Shown: in pieces, positions 1 through 57,002 of the stretch
Position numbering within the stretch: position 1 is the stretch's first letter
Layout of the letters: each line of letters opens with the position of its first letter
Assembly (NCBI RefSeq): GCF_020745735.1
Contig: NC_083401.1
Span: 149,913,740-149,977,739, forward strand
DNA length: 64,000 nt
Reading direction: 5' to 3'
Origin: Hemiscyllium ocellatum
Taxonomy: Eukaryota
Program-made: the position numbers and the translations under genes
The notes under the pieces: generated by a model
Database searches by the model: none
The model's input: only the letters and a program-made list of their open reading frames with translations
Told to the model about the DNA's origin: nothing

Positions 1-885
1 GTGGCTTACATTTGCTGGTGGAGGAGGCCCAGGACTTGGTCGAGTGGGAAGGGGAGTTGAAGTGGTCAGCCACAGGGCGGTGGGGTTGGTTGGTACCAGT
101 GATATTCCCTGAAATGCTCTGCATGTTGGTGTTCTGTCTCCCCAGAGGAGACCACATTGAGAGCAACAGACACAGTAAATGAGGTGGGTGGATGTGCAGG
201 AAAATCTCTGCCGGATGTGAAAAGATCTTTTGGGACCTAGGACAGAGGTGAGGAGGGAGGTGCGGGCACAGATTTTATATCTCTTGTGGAGGCAAGGGAC
301 AGTGCCAGGTGTGGAGGCTGGGTTGGTGGGGAGCTAACAAATGAGTCACAGAGGGAATGGTGTCTGCAGAATGCAGGTAGGGGTGGGGAGGGAAATATAT
401 CTCATGTGGTGGGGTCTGACTGTAGGTGGGAGGGCTGGCAGAGGATAAGAAGGTCCTCATCTTCCACCCCACTAATCTCCAGAAACTAATCTCCTCCACT
501 TCCTGTCCCTCCACCTTTGAAACCCACCCCTCCAACAGCAACAAGGATAGGAACCCCCTGGTCCTCGCCTTCCATCCCACTAATTTCCGGATACAGCGCA
601 TTATCCTACTGTCCATTTTCCTTCCCATTTACCAGCTCCACCTTCCCCACCGACCTAATCACAATCACCCCCACCTGCATTCACCTATCGCTTTCCCAAC
701 AACTTTCCCTTGCCCCACCTTCCCATTTATCTCTCAGCCCCCTTCCCCCGTCTACATTCCTGATGATGGGCTTAATCCCAAAATGTCGATTCTCCTGCTC
801 CTCGGGTGCTGCCTGACCTGCTGTGTTTTTTTTTCAACGGCACACTTCAACTCTGACTCTCCATTATCTACAGTCCTCATTTAGA
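1..885. mobile_element. Rearranged Penelope-like element fragment: minus-strand ORF remnant, inversion near 450-480, plus-strand pLTR with decayed HHR at 756-791
   Basis: Similar to the Penelope remnant at 51020-52430; pLTR tail ctcagcccc...attcctgatgatgggc...gctgcctgacctgctgtg. Confidence 0.75.
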
Positions 886-2759
886 TGTCAACAAGAGTCA
901 GTCTCACTTTGCCTGTGGAAATCATGTGGTAGTCCAAATTGCATGGAGCACTGGTGAAGGGAAACTGGAGTGGGATTTATCACAGATCAGGGAGACTAGC
1001 CAAACCTTAGCTGCAGAGCCAAGGGTTCTGCCTGAGCTGCCAGCAGCTGATGAGCTACAACCTGGTGGAAACTGGTTAGCAGCAATAAAACAGTTCTGTT
1101 TGATGGGAGAAAATGCAAGTTTGTACACACAACCGGTCCACAGCAATAAATCTTTACTGATCATATTTCTCTGACATTTCCTGGGTCCCAGATCTCCATG
1201 TACCCTCAACACTTTGAAGATGAATATAATCTCATTATTTCTAAGACCACACATGTCAAACCAAGGAAGATAGAGGGCAGACTGTTGCATAAGAAGTAAT
1301 GGGATATCTTTGCTGTCCAGAATCATCCTGGAATAGCATTTGGTTTTGACTGTGGGTAAGGAAGCTTGTTAAAGGTTGATGCGGTCCAGCAACATCAGGT
1401 TGTCACCAGTCTGTGACCGTTAGACATGAGGAAGTGGAGGAATAACCACGAAGAGAGAGAGGAGATCTTTTACTGTGAATATGAGCATCGAAGACGCGGG
1501 AGTTATTCAGCAGATTGACAGAAGCAGAAAAAAAGGTAGGTGGCAGTTTGAAAATATGATAGCAAATGACTGGAGGGTGAAATTAGACTAGGGAATTGTA
1601 CAGGGGGATTGGGATTGGAAAGTGATCGGATCATTGAGATAGTGAAGAATGAGGAGGTGTTTGTGTTTGATTTTGTCCTTTAGTCAAGCCCATTTATCAT
1701 TGAAATAGGATCCTTGTGAGCTACAGCAACTGTCTTTAAAACTTTCTCATTCCCCACTATCCTGCTAATTTTGAAATGGTTACTTAACTGTTCAGGCATG
1801 GGATGCTGCACATGTTGGATGTCGGCTGCATTGCCTGCTCACCAGATGAGTGTACCTGCCTGGCAGAGTTTATCAGTGCAATCAGCGAACACATTGTCTT
1901 ACACAACACAACAGTCCATTTCAGAAAAAGGGCACAGGGTGAAATCACCACATCATTTACTTGCTTTAGTAGCTTTCAAGGCCTACTATTTTACTTTGAT
2001 CCCAGATTTGATGAGAAGGACATTGTGCGTTTCATTTGTAAAAAGCAGTGACACCATCTCTCATTTTAGTTTAGGTTTTAAGTCAACATTGAAAGTCAAT
2101 TTTTGTGAATGAATGAATTCTTTTGGTCTAAAGCGCCATGTACTTGCATCATCTGTATGCTTTTCCAATGACCAAAACTGCACTCTGTTCCCTTGCCTGA
2201 CTTGTTTAAAACATCAATGCAAGTAAAAATACATGGCTTGAAATTATAAATAAAAAAGCATGATCATCTTAATGGGAATGTACTATAGTCCCCTCAATAA
2301 TCAGGGAAATTGAGGAGCAAATACTAAGAGATCTCTCGAAGGGCTGAATTGCCTACTCCTGCACCTATTGCCTATTGTCTTATCTCAAGGATATGTCAGA
2401 ATAACAGGGTTGCAATAGTAAGAGATTTTAACTTTCCAAGCATTGACTAGGAATCCCATAGTTTTAAAGGTTTGAATGGTGAGATATTTGTTTAATGTGT
2501 TCAAGGAAATTTTCTTTATTAAAACTTAATGAAGAGAATGAGCACAAATTGACCTCTTGGGAAATAAGGAAGGGCGAGTGGCTGAAGTGTAAATAGGGGA
2601 ACACTTTGGGACTAATGCTTGTAATTCTATATGTTTTAAAACAGTTATGGAAAAGAATAAGCCTTCCATAAAAGCTAAAATTCTCGATTGGAGTAAGGCA
2701 CATTTTAATTGAATGAGACAGGAGCTTTCAAAGGTTGGTTGGAGTAGACTTATCGCAGG

Positions 2760-2887
2760 AGGAGAAAGTGAGGTCTGCAGATGCTGGAGATCAGAGCTGA
2801 AAATGTGTTGCTGGAAAAGCGCAGCAGGTCAGGCAGCATCCAAGGAACAGGAAATTCAACGTTTCGGGCATAAGCCCTTCATCAGGA
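2760..2887 (-). mobile_element. 128-bp Penelope pLTR-derived insertion (family A) with 14-bp TSD
   Basis: Direct repeat agacttatcgcagg at 2746-2759 and 2888-2901. Confidence 0.9.
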
Positions 2888-2888
2888 A
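2855..2888 (-). ncRNA. Minimal type-I hammerhead ribozyme motif, family A (intact core)
   Basis: Minus strand reads UUC CUGAUGA A GGGC UUAU GCCC GAAA CGUU GAA. Confidence 0.8.
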
Positions 2889-3033
2889 GACTTATCGCAG
2901 GCAAAGTCTGACAAATGGGAAGATTTCAAAAGCGTGATAATGAGAGTTCAGAGACATTGTGTTCCTGTTAGAGTGAAAGGTAAGGCTGGTAAGATTAATG
3001 AACAATAGATGAATAAAGATATTGAGGTTCTAG

Positions 3034-6000
3034 TCATAGAATCGTAGAGATACCAGTGCAGAAACAGATCCTTCGGTCCAACTTGTCCATGCCAACCAGA
3101 TATCCTAAATAAGTCTAGTCCTATTTTCCAGCATTTGACCCATACCTCTCTAAACACTTCTTATTCATGTAGCCATCCAGATGCCTTTTAAATGTTGTAA
3201 TTGTACCCACCTTCACCATTTCCTCTGGGAGCTCATTCCATACACACACCAATCTCTGTGTGAAAAAGTTGTCCCTTAGTTCCCTTTTAAACCTTTCCCC
3301 TCTCACCACAAATCTATACCATCTAGTTTTAGGCCTCCCTCACCCTAGGGAAAATACCTTCTTTATTTACCCTCTCCATGCCCCTCATGATTGTATAAAC
3401 CTCTAGAAGGTCACCCCTCAGCCTCCGATACAGCAGGGAGAACAGCCCCAGCCTATTCAACCTCTCCCTATCGCTCAAATCCTCCAGCCTTGGCAACATC
3501 CTTGTAAATCTTTTCTGAATCTTTTCCAAGTTTTACAACATCCTTCCTAGAGGAGAGGGTGCAGAATTGCATGCAGTATTTCAATAATGGCCCAACCAAT
3601 GTCCTGAACAGCTGCAAAATAATCTCTTAACTCCTATCCTCAAAGCTCTGACCAATAAAGGAAAGTATAGCAAATGCCTTCTTCACTATCCTATCTATCT
3701 GTGACTCAACTTTCAAAGAGTTATAAACCTGTACTCCAAGGTCTCTCTCTTCAGCAACATTACCCAGGACCTTACCATTAAGTCTATTAGTCCTGCCCTG
3801 ATTTGCCTTTTCAAAATGCAGCACCTCACATTTATCTAAATTAAACACCATCTGCCTCTCGTTGGCCCATCTGATGAAGATCCCATTGTACTCTGCTGTT
3901 ATCTTCTTAGTTGTCCACTACACCTCCAATTTTGATGTCATCTGCAAACTTACTAACTATACCATCTATGTTCACATCCAAATCATTTACATAAAGGATG
4001 AAAAGCAGTGCACCCAGCACCGATCCTTGTGGCACTCCACTGGTTACAGGCCTCCAGTCTGAAAACAACCCTCCACCATTACCCTCTGTCTCTTATCTTC
4101 AAGCCAGTTCAGCATTCAACTGACTAGTTCATTCCATGCAATGTAACCTTGCTAACCAGTCTACCATGAGGAACCTTTTCGACCGCCTTACTGAAGTCCA
4201 TATCGATCATGTCCAGTGCTCTGTCCTCATCAGTCCTCTATTACTTTTTCAAAAAACTCAATCAGGTTTGTGAGACATGACTCCTCCCCCCCCATGCACA
4301 AAGCCATGTTGACTATCCTAATCAGTCCTTGCCTTTCCAAATACATGTAAATCCTGTCCCTCAGGATTCCTTCCAACAACTTGCCCACCACTGATGTCAG
4401 GCTCACTGGTCTCTCATTCACTGGCTTTTCCTTACCATCTTTCTGAATTGAATTGAATTGAATTTATTGTCATATGTACAGAGGGACAGTGAAAAGCTTT
4501 GTTTTACGAGCAGTACAGGTAGATCACAGAGTTAAACAGCGTAGATAAGTAAATAATAGGTAAACAGCGGCAAAAACAAAAACACAGGTACAGGTGAATG
4601 CTAAGAGTTTGTGAATCCATTTCATATTCTATCAACAGTCGGGTACAAACTGTTTTGAAATTGGTGCATGTATTCAGGCTTCTGTACCTTCACGCCAATA
4701 TTAGAGGTTGTAGAAAAGCATTACCAGGGTGGGTTGGATCTTTTGAGAATGCTGGTGGCCTTTGCTTCCCAGCTGGCCTGATGGATTCTGTAAATGAGAG
4801 ATTGGTGTTTGTGATTGCCCGGGCCGAGTTCACCACTCTCTGTAACTATCTCTGATCTGGAATGGTACAGTTGCCATACCAGGTAGTGATATATGCAGAC
4901 AGAATCTCTCGACGGTGCACCCATAAAAGTTGGCAAGGGGATTCACCGTCATGCCAAATATCCTCAGCTGCCTGAGGAAGAAGAGATGTTGTTGGGCCTT
5001 TGTGACCAATGCGTCCACATGAAGAGTCCAAGAAAGCTTGTTGCTGATGTTCACTCCCAGGAGCTTGACACTCGCCACTCGTTCTGCCTCTGTGCTGTTA
5101 ATGTGTAGGGGGACATGAGTAACATCCCACCGAAAGTCAATTGAGTTCCTTGGTTTTGCAGCATTGAGAGTTAGATTGTTCTCAGTGCATCATTTTTTGG
5201 TCTTCCACCTCCCGTCTGTTTCGTTACCATCTGAGATTCGACCGACTGTGGTGGTGTTATCAACGAACTTGTAAATGGCATTAGTCTGGTATTTGGTGAT
5301 GCAGCTGCTCCTGAAGTGACAGGCTGACACCCAAGTGCCAACTGGAACAAGTTCTCATTGAGAATGTGTTAAAAGATTGCCCCCTCATTTCATTGTGGTT
5401 ACCACTATTCTTAATACTACATTAGCCAACCAGTCTTCTGATACCTCACCTGTGACTATAGTTGATACAAATATCACAGCAAGAGGCCCAGCAATCATTT
5501 CTCTAACTTCCCATAGAGTTCTACAGTACACCTGAACCAGTCCTGGGGATTTATCCACCTTTTTGTGTTTTAAGATGCCCAGCACCACCACCTCTGTAAT
5601 ATGGACACTTTTCAAGATGTTACTGTTTATCTCCCCACATTCTATATCTTCCATCTCCCTCTCCACAGTAAACACTGATGCAAAATACTCATTTAGTATC
5701 TCCCCCATCTCCTGTGATTCCAGACATAGGCTGATCTTTAAGGGACCCTATTCCCTCCCTAGTTACCATTCTGTCCTTAATATATTTTTGAAATTCCTTT
5801 GAATTCTTCTTAACACTATTTGCCAAAGCTATCTCATGTCCCCTTTTTGCCCTCCTGATTTTCTTCTAAAGTATACTCCTTCTGCCTTTATATTCTTCTA
5901 GGGAATCATATAATTTCTGCTGATAATACCTGACAAATGCTTACTTTTTATTCTTGACCAAAACCTCAATTTCTTTAGTCATCCAGTGGTTCCCTATGTC

Positions 6001-6352
6001 GACCAGCCTTGCCTTTCACCTTAACGTGAACATAATGTCTCTGGACTCCCATTATCTCATTTTTTTTTGAAGGCTTCCCATTTTCCAGCCATCCCTTTAC
6101 CTGTGACGATCCAGCCCCAATCAACTTTTGAAAGTTCTTGCCTGATTCTATCAAAATTCATTGTTTTCCAACTTAGAACTTCAACCTTTAGACCCGGTCT
6201 ATCCTTACCCATTGCTATTTTAATACTGATAGAATTATGGTCCCTGGCCCCAAAGTGCTCCCTCACTGACACCTCAGTCACTTGCCTTGCCTTATTCCCC
6301 AAGAGTAGGTCAAGTTTTGCACTTTCTCTAGTAGGTACATCCACATACTGAA
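3034..6352 (-). mobile_element. CR1/HER1 LINE ORF2 remnant interrupted by a Rex1/Babar insertion
   Basis: Frameshifted CR1 peptides MDVPTRESAKLDLLLGN, EILNEYFASVFT, RPVSLTSVVGKLLE, QKRFTRMLP, FFTQR..WNELP; 3' tail near 3035. Confidence 0.92.
4445..5398 (-). mobile_element. Rex1/Babar-type LINE 3' fragment nested in CR1
   Basis: KLLGVNISNKLSWTLHVDALVTKAQQHLFFLRQLR peptide; (TTCAA)n 3' tail at ~4445-4463; degenerate TSD ttaccatctttct / ttaccactattct. Confidence 0.8.
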
Positions 6353-7215
6353 TCAGAAAAAGTATTTTAAAAATGATATATTAAGTATAAACAACTGAGA
6401 CAAAATTAAACCCTGGAGTATCAAAGTGTAGAGGCATTTGTAAGAGGGAAGTCAGGAAGGCAAAGAGGGAATATGAGAGAGTCTTGACAGATAAGGTTAA
6501 GGACAATCCAAAGAGTTTCTGCAAGTATGCTAATGGCAAAAGAGTAACCAGTGATAGATCACTTTAAAGATCACTGAGGCCATCTTTGTGTTTAATCTCA
6601 GGAGATGGGAGAGATATTAAATGAATATTCTGGGTCAGTTTACTGTGGAGAAAGAAATGGAGGCTAGAGAACTCATGGAAGTATGTATTGATGTTTTGAA
6701 TACAGTTCACATTACAGAAGAGGAGGTGCTAAGAAAACAGCAAGGTGAATAAATATCTGGGAACGGATTAAGCTGCTGAGTAGACTGTTTGTTGTAATCA
6801 AGACCATTCAATAAATTGAGTTGAAGAAAAGTTAAGAAAAATAGCTAGAGAATGAATAAATGATTGGAAGGGTTTGGAGGGATATGGGCCGGATGCTGGC
6901 AGGTGGGACTAGATTGGGTTGGGATATCTGGTCGGCATGGATGGGTTGGACCAAAGGGTGTGTTTCCATGCTGTACATCTCTATGACTATCTCAGAACGT
7001 TATGGGAAGTTAGGGAGGAAATTGCGGAGCCCCTAGCGGAAGTATTTTTATCGTCTGTAACCACGGGTGAGATCCAGAGGACTAGAAGGTAGCTAATGTT
7101 GTGCCTTTGTTTCAGAAAGGTTTCAGGTCTGGAAATATAGACCGGTAGGATAGGATTTACACGCATTTGGAGACGCAGGGACTGATAAGTGAGAGTCAGC
7201 ATGGCTTTGTGCATC
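6353..7215 (+). mobile_element. Continuation of the old + strand CR1, with a further CR1 3'-end insertion at ~6850-6988
   Basis: gagatgggagagatattaaatgaata (EMGEILNE); CR1 3' UTR ggcatggatgggttggaccaaagg...ctgtacatctctatgac. Confidence 0.75.
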
Positions 7216-8195
7216 TATAAAATTACAAAAGCATGTTTGTCGGGGACAGGATAGCATGGTGTGTTAGCAGAACGTTGTCCTTTCACACTCCTAAATCTGG
7301 TTGTAGTTGTACCTCTGTGACAATGAAAGTCTGCTCTCTCTGAAATCTCCTCAGTGAAATGAGGGAGCAATCTTTTAACGTGTTCTCGATGAGAACTTGT
7401 TACAGTTGGCACTTGGCTGTCAGCCTGTCACTTCGGGAGGTATTGAAGAGAGCAGCTGCGATAGTACAGCAACAGATGGTTTTTTTGAAATTAGGTTTAA
7501 GTAGCAATGCAATCAAGGGCAAGTAGAGACCGAGTATAGGGCAGACCATCAGTGCTACATTCTCTCTGACCGTGTTTGAGTGAAAATGGTCAATCGTGCC
7601 GTTTTTCAAAGTGCTGATACTCATCAGTTTGTCATGCATAAATGCAAGTGTAGCATATTAACATATGTTAATTTTAAATTTGAATTTCATCAAAAAAATG
7701 TCTTCAGTTTCACAAATATTGCTTCAAATAATATTTTCGAATCTATCCAATTCGATATAACCAGGTGAGGATGAATCATGACAACCCTTTTTTTTTAAAC
7801 TTTCTCTTGCTTAGTCACAATTTTTCTCCCCAGTGTATAACTAATACACTTCAGTTTAATTAATTGACCAGATCAGAAATGAAGGAGAGTCCATTCCAAG
7901 GTTTTCTTGAGTGGGAGTGAAATTTTATTATCTGCTACCCTGAAAAAGTAATAAAACACAGCATTGAACTCACATAGATATGCAGGTAATGAGTTTACAA
8001 AGAAGGGGGGCGGTGGTGTTTGGTATGTGTGGGAAGGTGAGGTAGTTACAGTTAAAATTGTTTTAGCATCTTTAAGGTGTGAGATCAAAAGAGCTGAATC
8101 CGACTCTTTAGCTGTCCTTGGCAAATCATTCTTGGTGAATCATTGTTATTGTTCCAATTTGTTTTTTAGTGGCATTGTTTGATCTTGAGGGGGAT

Positions 8196-8201
<6 letters not shown>

Positions 8202-8240
<39 letters not shown>
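8202..8240 (+). repeat. (AG)n microsatellite
   Basis: Direct inspection. Confidence 0.95.
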
Positions 8241-8243
<3 letters not shown>

Positions 8244-9146
8244 CCTTCTAGTATCCTTGCTGTTATGAGCACACATTATTTTTTCTGTCTCTGCTCTGTT
8301 GCACAGAGCAAACTGCTGAAATATAGTTCATTTGTATATCCGCAGTGCGGCTCCATTATCCTTTTCAAACTGAACACTCCACAGGCAACCTATAATCTCT
8401 AGTATATGAAGTAATCATACAAGTGTGAGTAACAGAGGATATGCAAATTTCTATGCCTTTTGATTAAAAATGTTAATTCTGAGCAGCTGATTTTATATGT
8501 TCCATGTGGTTGCCTGGGCTTTTCAGGTGATTATAGCATCTATTTTAAGTCAGCAATGTCCTTTTATTTAAAACCATTAAAAGTTGAATGCTGAATGTTA
8601 GATATTATCAGTCCTTTTTCCTTATGAATGCAACAATATATAGATGGCTTAATACAATTGCTTATATATAAAGTGATTTGTCAAATTTTAAAATAGTCCT
8701 ATGCTATCCCAATGACGATATTGGCCATTCTCTTGTGTTAACCACTGACTTTGTGCTGCTATTATTCTGTAGGATTTGTGTCTGGTGTGTAAACATGGTA
8801 TACAATATCCTGGGCACTCTGGGCATGCAGTTTATTCTGGCATTAGCATGCAGTGGGAAAATCAGCAGCTCTTTTCATACCCTGTCTGACTTGCTATATT
8901 GTGAAGTCAAGTGTTTTGCTGATTCATTATTTCTTATGGTACACTACCTTTTGAAGACTGGTTTATTCCCCTGTGAATCAACTGATGGCAACACAAAAAC
9001 TTCAATATTGCACTATTTTGTAATCTTTTCAATGAAATTTTTTTTGTCATTCTCTTCTTTCTTGACCAGCTCCCTGATATTGAAAAAAAGTTCTGCTGCT
9101 TTATTATCATTTTACATCACCTTCCATCCAGGCTGTTTAACTCTGG

Positions 9147-9432
9147 GGGGCGGCGCAGTGGCTCAGTGGTTAGCACCGCTGCCTCACAGCACCAGCAGGT
9201 TTGAGCCCCACCTTGGGCGAATGTCTGTCTGTGTGGAGTTTGCACGTTTTCCTCGTGTCTGCGTGGGTTTCCTTCGGGTGCTCCAGTTTCCTCCCACAAT
9301 CCAAAGATGTGCGGGTTAGGTGAATTGGCCATGCTAAATTGCCTGTAGTGTTAGGTGCGCTAGTCAGGGGGAATGGGTCTGGGTGGGTTACTCTTCAGAG
9401 GGTCGAAGGGCCTGTTTCCATACTGTTGGGAA
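9147..9432 (+). mobile_element. HE1-type V-SINE (tRNA-derived)
   Basis: A/B-box head gtggctcagtggttagcacc; V-domain gtggagtttgcacg..gggtttcc..ggtgctcc.gtttcctcccaca; CR1-like tail. Confidence 0.9.
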
Positions 9433-9699
9433 TGGAATGGTCATAAGCATATGTGATTTGTTTTTTTTTTGTTTGGTTTCCAAAACCTCCATAACCAAGT
9501 TACTAATACCTCAGGAGCTGAGGTTCAGGTCTGCTCACAACCCTTTGCCACCAATAACAGTCTCTGTGAGGAGCCAAACAATCTGTTGACTGCACCTACT
9601 GTCCTTTCCTGATCGCAGCTTAGGCTGACATTATGAATGCGTGCAAAACAGCACTTTTCACTGTATTTCGATACATGTGACAGCAATCAACCAATGGGA

Positions 9700-9995
9700 C
9701 AGCCCTGCTGCCTTACAGCACTAGGGTCCCAGGTTCAATTACACCTTTGGGTGACTGTCCGTATGAAGTTTGTACATTCTCCCTGTGCCTCCGGGTGCTC
9801 TGGTTTCCTCCCACAGTCCAATGATATGCAGGTTAGGTGAATTGGCCATGTTAAATTGCCTGTAGCATCCAGAGATGCACAGGCTTGGTAGATTAGCCAT
9901 GGGAAATGCAGAGTTACAGGGATGAGATCGAGGGTGGGTCTGGGTGGGATGCTGTTCAGGGGGTCGGTGAATGACCTGCCTTCCACATTGATTAG
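9700..9995 (+). mobile_element. Older V-SINE copy
   Basis: Degenerate V-domain. Confidence 0.75.
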
Positions 9996-10216
9996 AATCA
10001 TAAAATCCCTACAATCAACTGTCTCGACCAAACGTCCAGCATAATTTGCAGCAGTCCAGAGACACGGTGAGCAGAATAAATCCCTGGAGGTGATGCTGAA
10101 TATGGCACTACCTTTTATAAACTCCCCAATATTCAGTTTAAATAGTTCCTGAGGCGGCTGAACATCTGAATATTTGCAGAATTGCTTATTGTTTCCATCT
10201 GCTTTTTGCCTTACAG

Positions 10217-53542
<43,326 letters not shown>

Positions 53543-54750
53543 ACAGAAGGCTTTTGCTCCTTTTCAAACACATGCTTTAATGGGAAGTGGGTGGCATTGC
53601 AATCTCTTTTTTTAGACGTCAAATTAATTTCATGTGTTTAATATTATTTGAGTACAGTAGGAAGTGAAGACATTATGTGAGGTGAATAATCTGGTATCCC
53701 ACCTGCCTTTATCGAGCGACCTCTTCAGCTGCAATAAATGCTGCCATTTGGTGGAGATTCCATTTCGCTCATCTTATTCAAAAATTAATTTCCTTCCTCA
53801 TTAGACAGTTTTAGATAATGGTGGTCACTGTCAATGTGTCTTTGTATCCCTGTTATAATTTGTTTAGTGATCCCAAATAATGTGTCATGACTCAACATAT
53901 CAGGGCTTATTTGGAAGGGAAAGGAAGACTTGCATTCATCATGTAATTTTATAATTTAAGGGTGTAATGTGCTCACAAGTGTATGGAACTGAAAGTGTTC
54001 AAAGTGAAGGGTTACGTCTATCCAAGATTTCATTATGAGGTAAAAGGATAGGAGCACGTCATGTTGGCTGTGAATTGCAGAGTTGTTGTTGCTTAGTGTA
54101 TGAAGATGTTAATGTTCTGTAATGGTTTGAACATGACATATAAATGACCTTAATCAACCCAACAGAAATGGGGCTTTCCACAGCAAATTGTGAAACTTTC
54201 AGACTGAGCCCTTGGGAGACAAAACTATTTTACTCTTCTCAAGATTGTGAAAGTGCAGTTTAAACTATGTGTATGAACTTCACACTGTTGCCCAGTAATA
54301 AGAAATAATTAAGTGGTTGAACTTATCATTTTAGGGAATGTAAATGTATTAAATAGTGCGTAAAGAGTATGATGCAGTTTATGTGTTCTCTTAAAAATTC
54401 ATTTTGCAGTTAGCTAAAACTAAGGACAGTACCATATGATTGTAATGGGAATCTGACATGCTCTGTCTTTTTAACTGTCTAACAGTACAAAGTTCATGAT
54501 ATTAGTGTCTCATTTATTTTAGAAAGTGATTTCAGACCATCATACAGGATAATTCTCCATGCATTAAAACAATGTTGGGGTGTAATATTATGTCCTGTTT
54601 CTAAAGTTAAACATTACAGTGTTACCTCAGAAGTAGATAAGCAAAGCTGCTGCATATATTTATGTCCTTATATAAGTAAAAGTATACTAACCTGTCCAAG
54701 GTTTTGCTGTTTATTGTCTTAGTAATAAAGGTGAAATGTTGCCCAGTGGG
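53543..54750 (+). other. CPE: CPE 3' UTR (end approximate)
   Basis: AT-rich stretch with no recognisable repeats after the stop codon, ending at AATAAA plus a GT-rich element. Confidence 0.65.
53733..53738 (+). terminator. Possible proximal polyadenylation signal AATAAA
   Basis: Hexamer ~190 nt after the stop; weak downstream element. Confidence 0.3.
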
Positions 54751-54770
54751 TTGTTTTTTCTTGTTATTTC
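54724..54770 (+). terminator. Polyadenylation signal AATAAA (54724-54729) with downstream GU-rich element
   Basis: AATAAA followed ~20 nt later by gggttgttttttcttgttatttc. Confidence 0.7.
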
Positions 54771-54989
54771 TTCATGCTTGGTTATGCTTTCTGTACATAA
54801 ACTACATTGGGTATATCAGTATCATAATCAAAAATACAAAATACAGTAGAGTTCCTCCATTACAATTTAATTGTTAAAGTTACCTGTAACTGGAACACAT
54901 GCTGATTTGGAAAAGTTCCTTCTGATTAAAACTGTACAACTTCTCTTTTGTTCCTTTTGAACTTGAAGTATTTTTAAAAATCTCAATCT

Positions 54990-56010
54990 ACAAAATAGGA
55001 ACAGGAGTAGGCCTGCACTGTGATTCATTAGATCATAATGCAAGAAATTGGCATTGACGTTAATTGATTACAATGTCCTTTAATGTTATTAGTGTCCAGA
55101 AGCCTTTCTACAGTAGAGATTCCAAAGATTCAACACCTGCCATGTAAAGATATTTTTCCTTATCTTCATTTCTAGTGGCTTGCCCTTTTATCCAGAGACT
55201 CCTGATTCTAAAGTGACCAGCCTGAGGAAACATTTCATCTCCATCCACCCTGTCATGCTCAGTAAGGATTTGAAGTTTCAATAAGAACACCTCTCATTCT
55301 TCCAAACTCTGAAGAATGTAGACCCAGTTTTCTCAATCTCTTCTCATAAAACAGTCCTGTCAACACAGGGATGAGTTACCTCCTGTTTGGGATTTTAGTA
55401 AAAGCCTTCTGACATCCCAATCTACATCTACAGGTTCTCCTTTATCTATACTGTAAACGCCATCCTCCCAAAATTCCCAGTTCGTCAGCCATGATTTCCT
55501 TTCATAAACCCATGCTGGTTCTGCCAAAGTATCACCATTGTCTTCTAAATGTTGAGTTATTGTTTTCGTTATGGTAGATTCTAACATCTTATGCACTACT
55601 GATGTCATGCTATCAGGTCTGCAGTTCTCTATCCTCCCTCTTCCTACCTTATTTAAACAATGGAGTCACATTTGCCACTTTCCAGTCAATGGGAATCTTT
55701 CCAGAATCTATAGAATTATGAAAGGTAACCACCAAGGTATCCATTCTCTCTGAAGCTACTGCCTTCAAAACCTAGGGATGAGGCTTCTCTTTACCAAGAG
55801 ATTTATCAGTCTACAGTCCAGCTAATCTTTTCTCTAATGCTAATTTCTTTTATTTCCTGAGTTACACATGTCCCTTAGTTGCCTAATATTTCAGGGAGAT
55901 TTTCTGCTGTGAAGAGAGAGACGAAGTAACTGGTTTAGTTTCTATGGCATTTCCACATTAACTATATAAATGCACACCTGTAGTGGGTGGACATTTCTCC
56001 TTGCTAATCT
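54990..56010 (-). mobile_element. Old CR1 remnant
   Basis: MTSVVHKMLES...IDKGEPVDV peptide. Confidence 0.7.
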
Positions 56011-57002
56011 TTTCCCTTTCTATTCCTAGAAAGAATATTCTCTTTGTATGCGGCTTGATCTTATTCTAACCCAACATGATAAGAAATCAGCCTAAACACC
56101 AAGGTCACTTGGAGTAGTCCTGCCACCAGCTTAATGTTACTTGAGAATGAACCATTGCTACTCAGTGAGACATAAGGGAAACACCCCTTTTCACATTTAT
56201 TTGAGTTAGTTGTTTATTTACGTGACAATTAGTACTCGGTACTGCAACGTGGAGTACGCTATACTTACACTGAATGCTGACTGCATATTTTATGTTCTGA
56301 GATAGCATCAGTGATTCCAATTCATCACCTATCATTGTCATTATTTCAGGATGCATCTTTGTCAACTTTTTGCCCTCAAAATGCTTCAGTGAAATAATTG
56401 TTTTGGATTCTGTTGTTGTGTGAAGAGTGCACTCTAGAAGGGAGGTTTATTTAATGCCAATTGATGATGCCAGCGCTCCAATTGAAGGAACACTCAGAAA
56501 CCTAAGTTGCTGTGCCTGAATTAACATTGCATCTTCTGAAGAGAGTGACTGCATTTTTCTTTGATGTAGTTGTTTAAATCTCAGCTTCCATTACCTCAGC
56601 GGTATTCTGTCCATGAAGTGAGGTGCAATTTTGCAGCTTTGATGTCACCATTTCAAACAGAAGTCAATCTAAAACTAAACTCTGAATCTTCCGTTTCATT
56701 ATTGCTTAATATTAGATCAGGAGAACTTCATTTTGTGTTCTCTTTTATTGATTTCCTTTTAAATGTTAGCAAATGCATAAGTTTGCTGTAGCCAAATTCT
56801 GCAATGACTGGAACACAAAAACTCCCAAACCACGTCCCCCAACCTAACTCTCTCACAAACTCATTGTGCCAATGATACATTTGATGAGAAAACTGTCTAT
56901 AGGTAATGAACACACGTAATTCCCTACTATTAGCTAATGTTTCTGTCTGCTGCTATGACTCTGAATATGGCCCATTTTCGTTGAGGCTGTACAGGGAGGA
57001 TA

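Larger units (their letters stand above)
2270..3033 (+). mobile_element. Old CR1/HER1 LINE, 5' piece (resumes at ~6353-7215)
   Basis: RQELSKVGW-type CR1 peptide; collinear continuation after the nested inserts. Confidence 0.7.

Noticed and set aside
7215-7770. Possible DNA transposon remnant (similar hint at 37030-37270)
   Set aside because: Only one TIR-like end visible; boundaries and family could not be supported
8678-9319. Longest ORF in the window (213 aa)
   Set aside because: Non-ATG start, no recognisable domain, runs into a SINE, lies in CPE intron 1
1-10216. Search for CPE exon 1 and promoter
   Set aside because: No signal-peptide or pro-region coding exon and no CpG island found; it must lie upstream of the window
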